From: an uncultured Prevotellaceae bacterium
GTDB taxonomy: Bacteria > Bacteroidota > Bacteroidia > Bacteroidales > Bacteroidaceae
Reading direction: 5' to 3'
Assembly: GCA_900313845.1 (NCBI GenBank)
Contig: OMTC01000001.1
Location: 1 to 36,335 of the forward strand
Length of the DNA: 36,335 bases
Part shown: positions 1 to 8,542 of the stretch, piece by piece
How positions within the stretch are numbered: the stretch's first letter is position 1
How the letters are laid out: every line of letters begins with the position of its first letter
Made by a program: the position numbers and the translations under genes
Notes under the pieces: model-generated
What the model saw: the letters and a program-made list of their open reading frames with translations, nothing else
Database searches by the model: none
What the model was told of the DNA's origin: nothing

Positions 1-2765
1 ACACGGTCAGCATCGTTGATAATCTTGTCGTTGTTCTGGTCGATGAACTTCATGTCGCCTGCGCCATAGTAGGTCTTATTGCCTGCGATATCCTGAATGG
101 CGAGTCCGTCCTTGGCAGCTGCTGCACTGGTGGCATAGACGCCGTCGGTCTTGTAACCGTAGAACATGCCGACTGGATTGCCCACAGATGTGAGGATGGT
201 GGCATTATACATGTCGGTGGTGAAACTCTTCACGCCGTTAGGCAACTGAGTGACCTTGTTCTTATAGTGTCCCATGCTGGCTCCGAGTTCGAACTTGAAG
301 TTCTTCTGGTTGATGAGCTTAGCAGTGAACGCTGCGTCGAAGCCTTCGTTCTGGAGCTTACCATCGTTGGTCCAATAGTCGGTGAGACCTGCCACATAGG
401 AGAGTGAACCCAAGGTGATGAGGTTGTTGGTCCAGGACTTGAAGTAGTTGACACGTACATTCAGGCGGTTGTTGATGAAGTTTCCTTCGATACCTGCATT
501 GAGTCGGTTGGTAGTTTCCCAACAGAGGGTGGTGTTACCAATGTTGCTGAACTTAATGGTAGGGAATTTTTCTCCGAACATGGTGGAACCTGCAAGGTAA
601 GTGAGGGTGGCTGTGTTGTCAACCTGGTCGTTACCCACGGATTCGAAACCTACATTGAGCTTGAGGAAATTGATACCGTTGGTTGGCTTGAACCAATCCT
701 CGTTGGTGATGACCCAAGATGCCTGGAGGGATGGGAAGAGTCCCCATGCCACACCGAAGAGCTTGAGTCCTGCATCCACTTCCTTACCGAAGCGGGAACT
801 GGTCTCCATGGAGAACTGTCCGTCGAGGTAGTACTTCTCCTTGAAGTTGTAGCTGACGTTAGCGTAGTAGCTGAGTGTGCGCCAGTTGGTATCGACACCA
901 TTGTTCTCAGGGAACTTGAGAGCAGTTGACATGTTTGGCATCTTATCGTTCTGGGATGAGTAACCCGTCATGGAAGATGAATTATAGGTGTCGTTCATGA
1001 AGCGAACGCCTCCGAAGAGGTCGAGACGATGCTGTCCGAGAGGTATTGCCCATTTTGCCTGGGTGTCGCTGAACACTGCGGTGTGCTTGGAGAAGATGGA
1101 CTCGTTGGAGTTATCTACATATCCACGACCTTCGAGCAGGTAGGTTGGCATACCGATGAGTGGAGAATAGTAACGCTCATCGAAGCTCTGCAACATGTAG
1201 CTGAAACGCTCGGTGATGGAGAAGTTCTTGGTTGGCTCCCATGTTGGAGCGATGGTGATTCCCACCTGAGTCATATCGACGTGGTTCTTGTTCTTTGCCT
1301 CTGCATTCTCGAGGATTGCCTTAGGGTTAGCCAAGGATGCCTTGGAACCGAGCACCTCGTTGAGATAGTCATCAGCATCGGCGATGAAGCTCGATACCTT
1401 ACCATCGGTGGAGAAGTCGTAAGGACTCACGAATGGCGACTTGATGAGTGCGAGTGTGTTGGTTGCAGCAATAGCGGAGGTGTTGAGCTTCGACTCCATA
1501 CCTGCATCACGAAGGTTGCGGGTGATGTTGGTGTACATGGCATCGAAACGGGTGGAGAACCAACGGTTGAGCACGATGTCGGTATTGAATCGGATGTTGA
1601 AGCGATTCATGTCGTTCTTGCGGAGGGTAGCAGCAGCATCGGTGTAACCTACGGAGAGGTTGTAGTTTGCCACGTCGTCACCACCCTGGATGTGGAGGCT
1701 ATAGTTTTGAGTAAGTGCCTCTTTGTAGGAGATGTCCTTCCAATCCGTATCGTTATGATACATATTATAATAATAATAGTTTGGATCGGTGTTGAGGAAC
1801 TTGAACTCGTTGAGCTTGGTAGCCGTGGACTGAAGCATCTGGGATGCATAAGCGCGATACTCGGATGCGTTCATCACGTCCATGGTCTTAGGCAGGAGCT
1901 CCACACCTACGGATGCGTTGAAGTCGATGCGTGTTGCCATGGACTTGTTGCGCTTGGTGTTGATGAGAATCACACCATTGGCTGCCTTGGCACCATAGAT
2001 AGCGGTTCCGTTCTTGAGCACTTCGACGGACTCGATGTCGTCCATGTTGATGGAGGCAAGGAGGTTGTTGAAGTAGCCAAGGTGAATCATTTCGCTATCG
2101 TAGAGCATGTCGTAAACCACTCCGTCGAGCACAATCAAAGGCTGTGCATTGGAATTGAGGGAATTGAGACCGTTGATGAACATGGCTGAACCCTGTGCAT
2201 TGAGCGCAGAACGGGAAATGCTGCGAACATCGGCACCCAGACGGTCGCGAATCTCATCGTCGATGGTCATGTTGGTGGTTGTCTCGAAGTCGGTGATACC
2301 TACCTTCTTGGAACCTCTCGTCACCAATTCGTAGTCAGGGAGATAGCGTTCGGTGAGCAACTGGATGTCCACGTTTTCGGAACGGTCATTGATGGCGGTA
2401 CGTACCTTGTTGTATCCCTGAAGAGTTGCCTCCAAGGAGGTGACGAACGTAGGAACCTTGATGGTGTAAACACCTTCTTCGTTCGTCATGGCTGTGTAGA
2501 AAGAGTTGTTGTAAGACTTAATCTGAACACCCGCCAGCGGTTCACCCGTAGCAGCATCCACCACCTTACCTTTCACTTCCTTCATCGGATAATTCTTGAC
2601 AGGCTTCTTAATCTTCTTAACCTGAGCTGTAGGAGCATCTTCGACAGCAATCTCTGATTCATCTTGAGCCAAAGCTGGAATTACGCCCATGAAGAACATC
2701 ATAGATACGAGTGCATACTTGCAAACTCGCACAATATCTTTGGAATATAACTTAATCTGTTTCAT
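1..2765 (-). CDS. SusC/RagA-family TonB-dependent outer-membrane transporter, second copy in the locus; C-terminus lies beyond the window edge
   Basis: Missing from the ORF track because no stop codon lies in the window. Hand translation from ATG at 2765 gives MKQIKLYSKDIVRVCKYALVSMMFFMGVIPALAQDE (signal peptide). It continues with KGKVVDAATGEPLAGVQIKSY..EGVYTIKV (carboxypeptidase-regulatory-like fold) and the plug motif DIESVEVLKNGTAIYGAKAANGVILINTKR. The same frame is still open at the edge, reading GDMKFIDQNNDKIINDADR, a typical SusC-type motif. The gene starts 11 nt after the upstream stop. Confidence 0.85.
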   Translation of the reverse strand, partial: MKQIKLYSKDIVRVCKYALVSMMFFMGVIPALAQDESEIAVEDAPTAQVKKIKKPVKNYPMKEVKGKVVDAATGEPLAGVQIKSYNNSFYTAMTNEEGVYTIKVPTFVTSLEATLQGYNKVRTAINDRSENVDIQLLTERYLPDYELVTRGSKKVGITDFETTTNMTIDDEIRDRLGADVRSISRSALNAQGSAMFINGLNSLNSNAQPLIVLDGVVYDMLYDSEMIHLGYFNNLLASINMDDIESVEVLKNGTAIYGAKAANGVILINTKRNKSMATRIDFNASVGVELLPKTMDVMNASEYRAYASQMLQSTATKLNEFKFLNTDPNYYYYNMYHNDTDWKDISYKEALTQNYSLHIQGGDDVANYNLSVGYTDAAATLRKNDMNRFNIRFNTDIVLNRWFSTRFDAMYTNITRNLRDAGMESKLNTSAIAATNTLALIKSPFVSPYDFSTDGKVSSFIADADDYLNEVLGSKASLANPKAILENAEAKNKNHVDMTQVGITIAPTWEPTKNFSITERFSYMLQSFDERYYSPLIGMPTYLLEGRGYVDNSNESIFSKHTAVFSDTQAKWAIPLGQHRLDLFGGVRFMNDTYNSSSMTGYSSQNDKMPNMSTALKFPENNGVDTNWRTLSYYANVSYNFKEKYYLDGQFSMETSSRFGKEVDAGLKLFGVAWGLFPSLQASWVITNEDWFKPTNGINFLKLNVGFESVGNDQVDNTATLTYLAGSTMFGEKFPTIKFSNIGNTTLCWETTNRLNAGIEGNFINNRLNVRVNYFKSWTNNLITLGSLSYVAGLTDYWTNDGKLQNEGFDAAFTAKLINQKNFKFELGASMGHYKNKVTQLPNGVKSFTTDMYNATILTSVGNPVGMFYGYKTDGVYATSAAAAKDGLAIQDIAGNKTYYGAGDMKFIDQNNDKIINDADR

Positions 2766-2776
2766 TGCATCAGAGT

Positions 2777-4507
2777 TTATTCGTTAGTAGAATCTTCCTC
2801 TTCAGTGGCTTCAACATGAGGCTTGAAGATGATGTAGTCGATAATCATGTTCTTGGTGTACTTATCCTTCTGGCTCGAAGTGACATAGCTGGAAAGCTGG
2901 AAATATGCTCCAACGGTACTCGTGTTGTGGTAGCAATCCTTGAACGTGTAAGTACCAATGTACACTTCATCAATGCAATTAGGATTGGTGAGGAAGTTAC
3001 GTCCTCCATCTGCTGGGTTGCGGAACTGATAAGCTCCCGACTCAGGCATGGTTCCCTTTTCGTTACGCTCAAAGAGTCCAGCACGGAACTGCACAGGAAG
3101 ATTGGTGTGGAGGGTGTCCTCAGGATAGGCTGCCTGATAAGGCAGGAACCTTACATAGATGTCGTAAGTGCCAGAGAGTGTGCGAGGCACATCGTAGGAA
3201 AACTCTGTGTTACGAGTGGAGGAAGAGGCATTGAAAATCATATAGCCACCGCCCGAAATGGAATCAGCTGTGGTGCTCTTGGAGAACCAAGTGGTAGCAT
3301 TGGCATTGGTCCATTTTTCACCTGTCTGCAAGAGTCCGTGGTTTTCTGCCTCAATCTTGATTTCGCGGAAGAAATTCTGATACTTGGTGTATGGAATATC
3401 ATCCATGTAGCGTACTTCACCGTTACTGCACTCCACGATGCTCTTCGTTCTGGAGAGGAGGCTATCAGGAGCATAAGGATGATAATATACATCGTACTTA
3501 GGATTGCTTCGAGAATAAACAGTGGAGAACAATGAATCTTCCTTCGTAGGTCCATTCATGTGTTGACTCATGTTGTAGAAGAGGTCGGAAACCGTGTAGT
3601 AGTTGGCATAGTAGTTCTGCATGGAGTCGCGAACCACAGGATCGGAATTGAACGAGGTGTTGAAGTGGAAGAAATTATAAGCCTCATTGTATCTATCCTC
3701 GTATGCCTTCTGGCTTGGAATGATAGCCATGTAGGTGGAATCCTCGCGATAGAGATAAGCACGAAGTTGAGAAAGTGCCTTGTTGTTGCGAATCATCACA
3801 GAATCGACGTAGATGTTGTTACCATCTTCATCCACACCACGATAAACACTTCGTCTCTCATCGAGTGAATCGACATTGAACTTGTTGAGGAAATTGTAGA
3901 GCGAAGGAATACTGTCGAGGTCTTCAGTAGTCGTTTTCTTAAATGCTGCCCAGTCATCCTCAATGAGTTCGTAGATGTTGGTCTGGTAAGGGAGATACTG
4001 GCTCATCACCTGAACGATACCATTAGAGCATCCAATATTAGGGCTTTGAACCTTGGAATGCTGCACAAGCAAGTCGGCAAGTGGGCTTATCTTCACGCGT
4101 TTATCATTGAGGAGATAGACTTCCTGCTCCTGACCACCGAGGGAAATGTTGTAGCGCATGAGGTGGTTTTTCACGAAACGATTGACTACCTGCTTCTTCT
4201 GTCCTGCATTGACGAGCGCCATCAGGCTGTCCTTATTGAAAGAGCCGTTCACTGGTGCAAGCACCGTGAGCACCTGTGGGTCGTTCAGCTCGGCAACATA
4301 GCCAGTAGCCTTGAGAACCTCAACGAAATCGCTCAGGTTCGACTGGCTCTGGAGATATCCCATCGTTGTTCCGGCATAGGACTGTCCGATGGTAGTGGCA
4401 GTACCTTCGTAATGCTCGTTCCAATCATCGGTACATGAAGCGATGGCAAGCGCTCCTGCAACCGCCAAGGCTCCTACTCGGAATGATTTCTTGATATTAT
4501 ATTTCAT
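2777..4507 (-). CDS. Lipoprotein with two FAS1 (fasciclin)-like domains and a C-terminal beta-sandwich, CBM-like module
   Basis: ORF 2777..4603 trimmed to the ATG at 4507. That start gives a lipobox signal, MKYNIKKSFRVGALAVAGALAIASC, and removes the overlap with the upstream gene. FAS1 motifs: LTVLAPVNGSF, KNHLMRY, SNGIVQVMSQYL, then YMAIIPSQKAY and SNGEVRYMDDI. The C-terminus reads IKIEAEN..GGGYM..SGTYDIYVRF..MIIDYIIFKP. Confidence 0.8.
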   Translation of the reverse strand: MKYNIKKSFRVGALAVAGALAIASCTDDWNEHYEGTATTIGQSYAGTTMGYLQSQSNLSDFVEVLKATGYVAELNDPQVLTVLAPVNGSFNKDSLMALVNAGQKKQVVNRFVKNHLMRYNISLGGQEQEVYLLNDKRVKISPLADLLVQHSKVQSPNIGCSNGIVQVMSQYLPYQTNIYELIEDDWAAFKKTTTEDLDSIPSLYNFLNKFNVDSLDERRSVYRGVDEDGNNIYVDSVMIRNNKALSQLRAYLYREDSTYMAIIPSQKAYEDRYNEAYNFFHFNTSFNSDPVVRDSMQNYYANYYTVSDLFYNMSQHMNGPTKEDSLFSTVYSRSNPKYDVYYHPYAPDSLLSRTKSIVECSNGEVRYMDDIPYTKYQNFFREIKIEAENHGLLQTGEKWTNANATTWFSKSTTADSISGGGYMIFNASSSTRNTEFSYDVPRTLSGTYDIYVRFLPYQAAYPEDTLHTNLPVQFRAGLFERNEKGTMPESGAYQFRNPADGGRNFLTNPNCIDEVYIGTYTFKDCYHNTSTVGAYFQLSSYVTSSQKDKYTKNMIIDYIIFKPHVEATEEEDSTNE

Positions 4508-4538
4508 AATATTGTGAGTTTTTTTGAAGTTAGTGAGA

Positions 4539-6638
4539 TTATAATCTGTCTTCTGCCACATCTGGATTCGCATAAACTGCACTTGGACAGATTTCAATCG
4601 CATCGAAATTCATCTCATTGTCGGCAGACTCCATCTTCTGTTGCAGACGAAGAATGTGGTGAGTCTTACCATCTGAGTGGAATGTACCGATTACCTTTCG
4701 GAGGGTATTGTTCTGCTGACGGAAAGATGTTCCGAAGGAACCCGTTCCATCTTCAGATGTACTACTATAGCAATCCATTCCCTTCATCCATCCACGATAG
4801 TGGAACTGCTTGTCGAAGGCAGCAACCTGCTCTTCATCGCCAAGCGAGGAGTCGGACTTCCAACCAATTCGGTTGTCTTCGCCACCTGGACGCATATCGA
4901 ATGGGATGCCCTGTGGTTTATCATCGATGTAGTACTGCACGATACCGCGAGAACTGAAGCCTGTGCAGGTGAACATTCGGAGTTCCCATTCTCCTACTGG
5001 CACTGCAGGAAGCTCGATAGCTACATCGAAGCGTCCCTTCACGATGACTTCATCACCCTGATATGACCAGAAGTGGAGCACACGGTTACGCACATGAACG
5101 TGAGTTTCGTCAGTATAAGTCCATTTAGCAGCTGTTCCAGCCTTGAAGCCTAAGCAAGTGTTGACATTCGTAGCAGCCTTTGCACCCTGACCACCTCGTC
5201 CATAACGTCCATTCTGGATGGTGGACTTGGTGAAGTGACCACGAGCACCACTGGTAATGAAGTCTGGAGAGAGGGAAGTACAGTCGAGACGGATACGCTC
5301 GCTGAACACAGCTTCCTGAACATTGATATTGCGGTTGGTTGGCCATGGGCTTTCCTCAAGGGTCACACCATAGCTGAGAATATCGTCAATGTAATGGTAA
5401 ACACCATTCACTGCAGTCTGGTCCACATTCACCTCGCTGGCTGCCAAGATTCTTGCACCACGGATGCGGTAACCACGGCTATCGCGACGGCTCTGAACTC
5501 CACGACGGTTGATGTAGAGTCCTGATTCGGAACCACTTGGGAAGGACGCCTTGATGATACCGAATGGCAACATCGTCTCGTACCAGTCTGCAATATCCCA
5601 CTTACGACGGTTGAAGCCGTTAGCAAGAGAACTATTTGGAGCATCCACTGCAGTGAACTGATAGTAGGTCATCTGGCAAGGAAGCAAATGGTAGGAGATG
5701 AAGCGGTTGAGGGCATTGTCACGAGAAGTAGGGTCTTCGTTGGCAGCATCCTCTGGATAAACAGGGTCGTAGAGGCGGTGAGCCAACTTCTTCATACCTT
5801 CCAAATCGGTCACACCATACTTCTCAAACACATCGTTGCGAGGAGTGAGAGCAGTGAACTTGAAGTAGCGGTGCTCTGGATAAGCCACGTTATCGTACTC
5901 AACAGCGGTGTGGATACAAAGTGCATCGTTTGTCCAGTCGATAGAGTCGGAACCTACGCTGTAAGACTCGTCGATGTAGTGCTGGAGAGAGTCGTCAAGA
6001 TGGCAAGCCACGAGCGCTTCCACGAAGAGGGAGATGGCTGAGTCTTCAGCCAACACGTCTGGAAGCATAGCGTTCTTGGCACCGATGACGGAACTCATCG
6101 TGTGGACCACACCGTTCTCTACGGAGTCGTCCATTTGAACCATTCTCGCCTCCTTATTAATATATATGGCAAGCTGAACTTGTCCAGGAATGGATACCGT
6201 ATCAGAATCGCAGGTAATCGTCATAGGGCGCTCCAACATGTTCATCTGAGGGTAGGTACCATCGTTGAAGTCAGTTGTGAAGAATGCTTGCTCGATGATA
6301 TGATTGTAGGTAATCGTATCACAGTCTGCCTGAGAAAGTTGGTCGATAGACGTGAGTCCGCGTCCTGCCAAATACTTGTCAATAGCTTCGTTGGTAGGAG
6401 CAAAAACGGTGTATGAACCGTATGTGCCCAACAAGTCCATCATCCTTGAACGATCCACAATCGCGGAGAATTCACTGAACTTCTCACGATTCTTCAGGAA
6501 GTCGGATGCATATTCTGCAGTTGTTGTAAAACGATTCTCGACACCTGGGTCGTCGGAACAACTGACGAATGCCACCTGTGCTGCCGAAACAATGAAGGCA
6601 GCAATGGCTAAAAATTTGTATTTTCTATTTGATTTCAT
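4539..6638 (-). CDS. Lipoprotein with two FAS1 (fasciclin)-like domains and a C-terminal module of about 240 aa
   Basis: ORF 4539..6683 trimmed to the ATG at 6638 (6644 is also possible). That start gives MKSNRKYKFLAIAAFIVSAAQVAFVSC (lipobox) and lies after the SusD stop at 6652. FAS1 motifs: YTVFAPTNEAIDKYL, ITYNHII, ENGVVHTMSSVIG, then FTALTPRNDVF, ISYHLL and NGVYHYIDDIL. The C-terminus ends MNFDAIEICP. Confidence 0.8.
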   Translation of the reverse strand: MKSNRKYKFLAIAAFIVSAAQVAFVSCSDDPGVENRFTTTAEYASDFLKNREKFSEFSAIVDRSRMMDLLGTYGSYTVFAPTNEAIDKYLAGRGLTSIDQLSQADCDTITYNHIIEQAFFTTDFNDGTYPQMNMLERPMTITCDSDTVSIPGQVQLAIYINKEARMVQMDDSVENGVVHTMSSVIGAKNAMLPDVLAEDSAISLFVEALVACHLDDSLQHYIDESYSVGSDSIDWTNDALCIHTAVEYDNVAYPEHRYFKFTALTPRNDVFEKYGVTDLEGMKKLAHRLYDPVYPEDAANEDPTSRDNALNRFISYHLLPCQMTYYQFTAVDAPNSSLANGFNRRKWDIADWYETMLPFGIIKASFPSGSESGLYINRRGVQSRRDSRGYRIRGARILAASEVNVDQTAVNGVYHYIDDILSYGVTLEESPWPTNRNINVQEAVFSERIRLDCTSLSPDFITSGARGHFTKSTIQNGRYGRGGQGAKAATNVNTCLGFKAGTAAKWTYTDETHVHVRNRVLHFWSYQGDEVIVKGRFDVAIELPAVPVGEWELRMFTCTGFSSRGIVQYYIDDKPQGIPFDMRPGGEDNRIGWKSDSSLGDEEQVAAFDKQFHYRGWMKGMDCYSSTSEDGTGSFGTSFRQQNNTLRKVIGTFHSDGKTHHILRLQQKMESADNEMNFDAIEICPSAVYANPDVAEDRL

Positions 6639-6651
6639 AGTCATTACCAGT

Positions 6652-8526
6652 TTAGTTCTTTTTAATATCTTCATCCTCGGCATGAGCAGGATTCTGATGC
6701 AGATAAGGATTCACATCAAGTTCCTTTTCAGCATAAGGCATGTACATGAAATCCATCATTGCCATCTTGATGACAACCGACTTGGAAGCCTCACCAAACT
6801 TACTTGCCACAGCTGCAGCAAAATGAGAGGTGTTGCCTTCACGACGTGCAAAGCGCACAAGGTCGAAATAGCGCTTACCCTCGAACAAGAACTCACGATG
6901 ACGTTCGTTCTCCAAGAGAGTCATCAAGTCGCTATAATTAGAATAGTTGTCACGAATAGGACGGAACTGCGTTGTTGTGTTCTGAGCGTATGGATTAGAA
7001 CGCATATAGACAGCAGAAATAAGTTCGAAAGCATCGTTGTAGAGTTCCTCTGCTGTAGAGAGAGAAGCACCGTTTTGCTTAGCACGACGCATCTTCACAC
7101 CTGAACCTGTGTCCTCGGATGGAGTTGCACTCTCGCCACCAATGATGTTAGCAAGATTGATTTCTGCCTCTGCACGCATCAGCATGATTTCACTCAAGCG
7201 GTAGAAAATCCAGTTGATACGTTCGTTATCCACATTGACCCATTGGCCACTTGCTTCGCCTGTACCTTCTTTCCAGTTGGTCTGATTGGCAGTACCGAAT
7301 TTTGATGCAGAACCATCAATCTCACCAACCACATACTTCAAGATACCAAAGGCACCACTGCTGACATAGCGGAAACCTGTGAGTGAACGATAGTCAGTTG
7401 TAACAGGGAAGAGTTTCGTATCAGCGTAAGTCTTGCTGTTGGATTCAATAGCGGATTCCATCAGATTCTCATTCGCTGAAAGCAAAGCTGTACGACTGGT
7501 ACCTCCATGACCATACATGTTGCTCACGGCACTATTACGGGCATCGGAAGACTGTTCACTAAAGGTGAGTTCGAAAATACCTTCGAAAGAGTTACCCTTG
7601 GCAAAAATAGCATTGTAAGCCCTTGGGCCGTCGTTGCTACCACTGGTTGAGACTCTTTCTCCCAAGAGAGGGTATCCATAAGTGGTGAGGATATAAGGAT
7701 CCATCACTGTGTTGAGGTCGCCATACTTGTCCTCACGATATTCTTCATACTTGAAATTGAGAACCCAATCGCAATACTGGATACACTTCTGATAGTCCGC
7801 CTGCTGAAGAGGCTTAGCACGATTGTAATCGGATGCACGCCAGAGATAGAGGTCGGCAAGAAGTGAATAGATGGCAGCACGAGTGACACGTCCTGTATTC
7901 TTGGTACGTTCCGTATATTGACGTGGTGCGTAATCCTTGCATGCCTCCAAGTCGAGAATCAACGAATCGAGGATGTTCTCAAATTTGGATGCAGGCATTT
8001 GATATTCCTTCGTGTCATCAATAGATGGTTCAAACGTGAAAGGCACGTCCTTGAAGGCACGAATCAGATAGAAGTAATTGAGGGCACGAATGGTCTTTGC
8101 CTCTGCCATCGTCACTCGCAGGTCGGATTCCGTGTAGTTAGGGTCCTTCTCTGCCACTTGTGGAGCATAGTAAAGAACCGTATTACAACGGTTGATGACA
8201 GTATAGAATGGCGACCAGTCGCAGAAACCGTTTGTCTGCTTCAAGTTACCTTTATTAATATAATTAAGGTCTGTCGAAACATCTGGTCCAGAGGTTACAT
8301 TGTCGGAACGAACTTCACCCCATACAATCGCTCTCTGCAACCAATTGCTCTCCTGCATGCCCACATAGCATGAACGAAGCACGTTGTCAACGTCATCTTT
8401 ATTGGTCCAATAGTTCTCGAGAACGACTTCATTCAATGGGAGGAGGTCGAGGTCACAAGAAGTGACCGACACGCCAACAAATGCAGTCAGACCAAAAATC
8501 TTTATGATATTCTTTAAATTCTTCAT
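6652..8526 (-). CDS. SusD/RagB-family nutrient-binding outer-membrane lipoprotein
   Basis: ORF 6652..8553 trimmed to the ATG at 8526, which gives MKNLKNIIKIFGLTAFVGVSVTSC (lipobox). It starts 16 nt after the SusC stop. Typical SusD features are present: YWTNKDDVDNVLRSCY, TMAEAKTIRALNYFYLIRAFKDVPF and AIYSLLADLYLW. Its position directly downstream of a SusC is diagnostic. Confidence 0.9.
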   Translation of the reverse strand: MKNLKNIIKIFGLTAFVGVSVTSCDLDLLPLNEVVLENYWTNKDDVDNVLRSCYVGMQESNWLQRAIVWGEVRSDNVTSGPDVSTDLNYINKGNLKQTNGFCDWSPFYTVINRCNTVLYYAPQVAEKDPNYTESDLRVTMAEAKTIRALNYFYLIRAFKDVPFTFEPSIDDTKEYQMPASKFENILDSLILDLEACKDYAPRQYTERTKNTGRVTRAAIYSLLADLYLWRASDYNRAKPLQQADYQKCIQYCDWVLNFKYEEYREDKYGDLNTVMDPYILTTYGYPLLGERVSTSGSNDGPRAYNAIFAKGNSFEGIFELTFSEQSSDARNSAVSNMYGHGGTSRTALLSANENLMESAIESNSKTYADTKLFPVTTDYRSLTGFRYVSSGAFGILKYVVGEIDGSASKFGTANQTNWKEGTGEASGQWVNVDNERINWIFYRLSEIMLMRAEAEINLANIIGGESATPSEDTGSGVKMRRAKQNGASLSTAEELYNDAFELISAVYMRSNPYAQNTTTQFRPIRDNYSNYSDLMTLLENERHREFLFEGKRYFDLVRFARREGNTSHFAAAVASKFGEASKSVVIKMAMMDFMYMPYAEKELDVNPYLHQNPAHAEDEDIKKN

Positions 8527-8542
8527 AATGGTAGTGATACTT

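Noticed and set aside
1029-2189. 386-aa plus-strand ORF
   Set aside because: It lies fully antisense to the SusC-family gene, whose minus-strand translation shows clear plug and barrel motifs. The plus-strand product (Val/Gly/His/Glu-rich) has no recognisable motif and looks like a mirror-frame artefact of codon bias.
2765-3535. 256-aa plus-strand ORF, and similar antisense ORFs at 6352..7104, 7918..8373, 9098..9667, 12665..13111 and 15602..16273
   Set aside because: All are embedded antisense within well-supported minus-strand genes. They have low-complexity or unrecognisable products and no independent start context.
4508-4603. N-terminal extensions of track ORFs (also 6639..6683, 8527..8553, 20792..20914, 27694..27702 and 32540..32578)
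   Set aside because: The extended starts overlap the preceding gene or use TTG. They also place junk residues ahead of a textbook signal peptide/lipobox or the canonical ribosomal-protein N-terminus. Internal ATGs were chosen instead.
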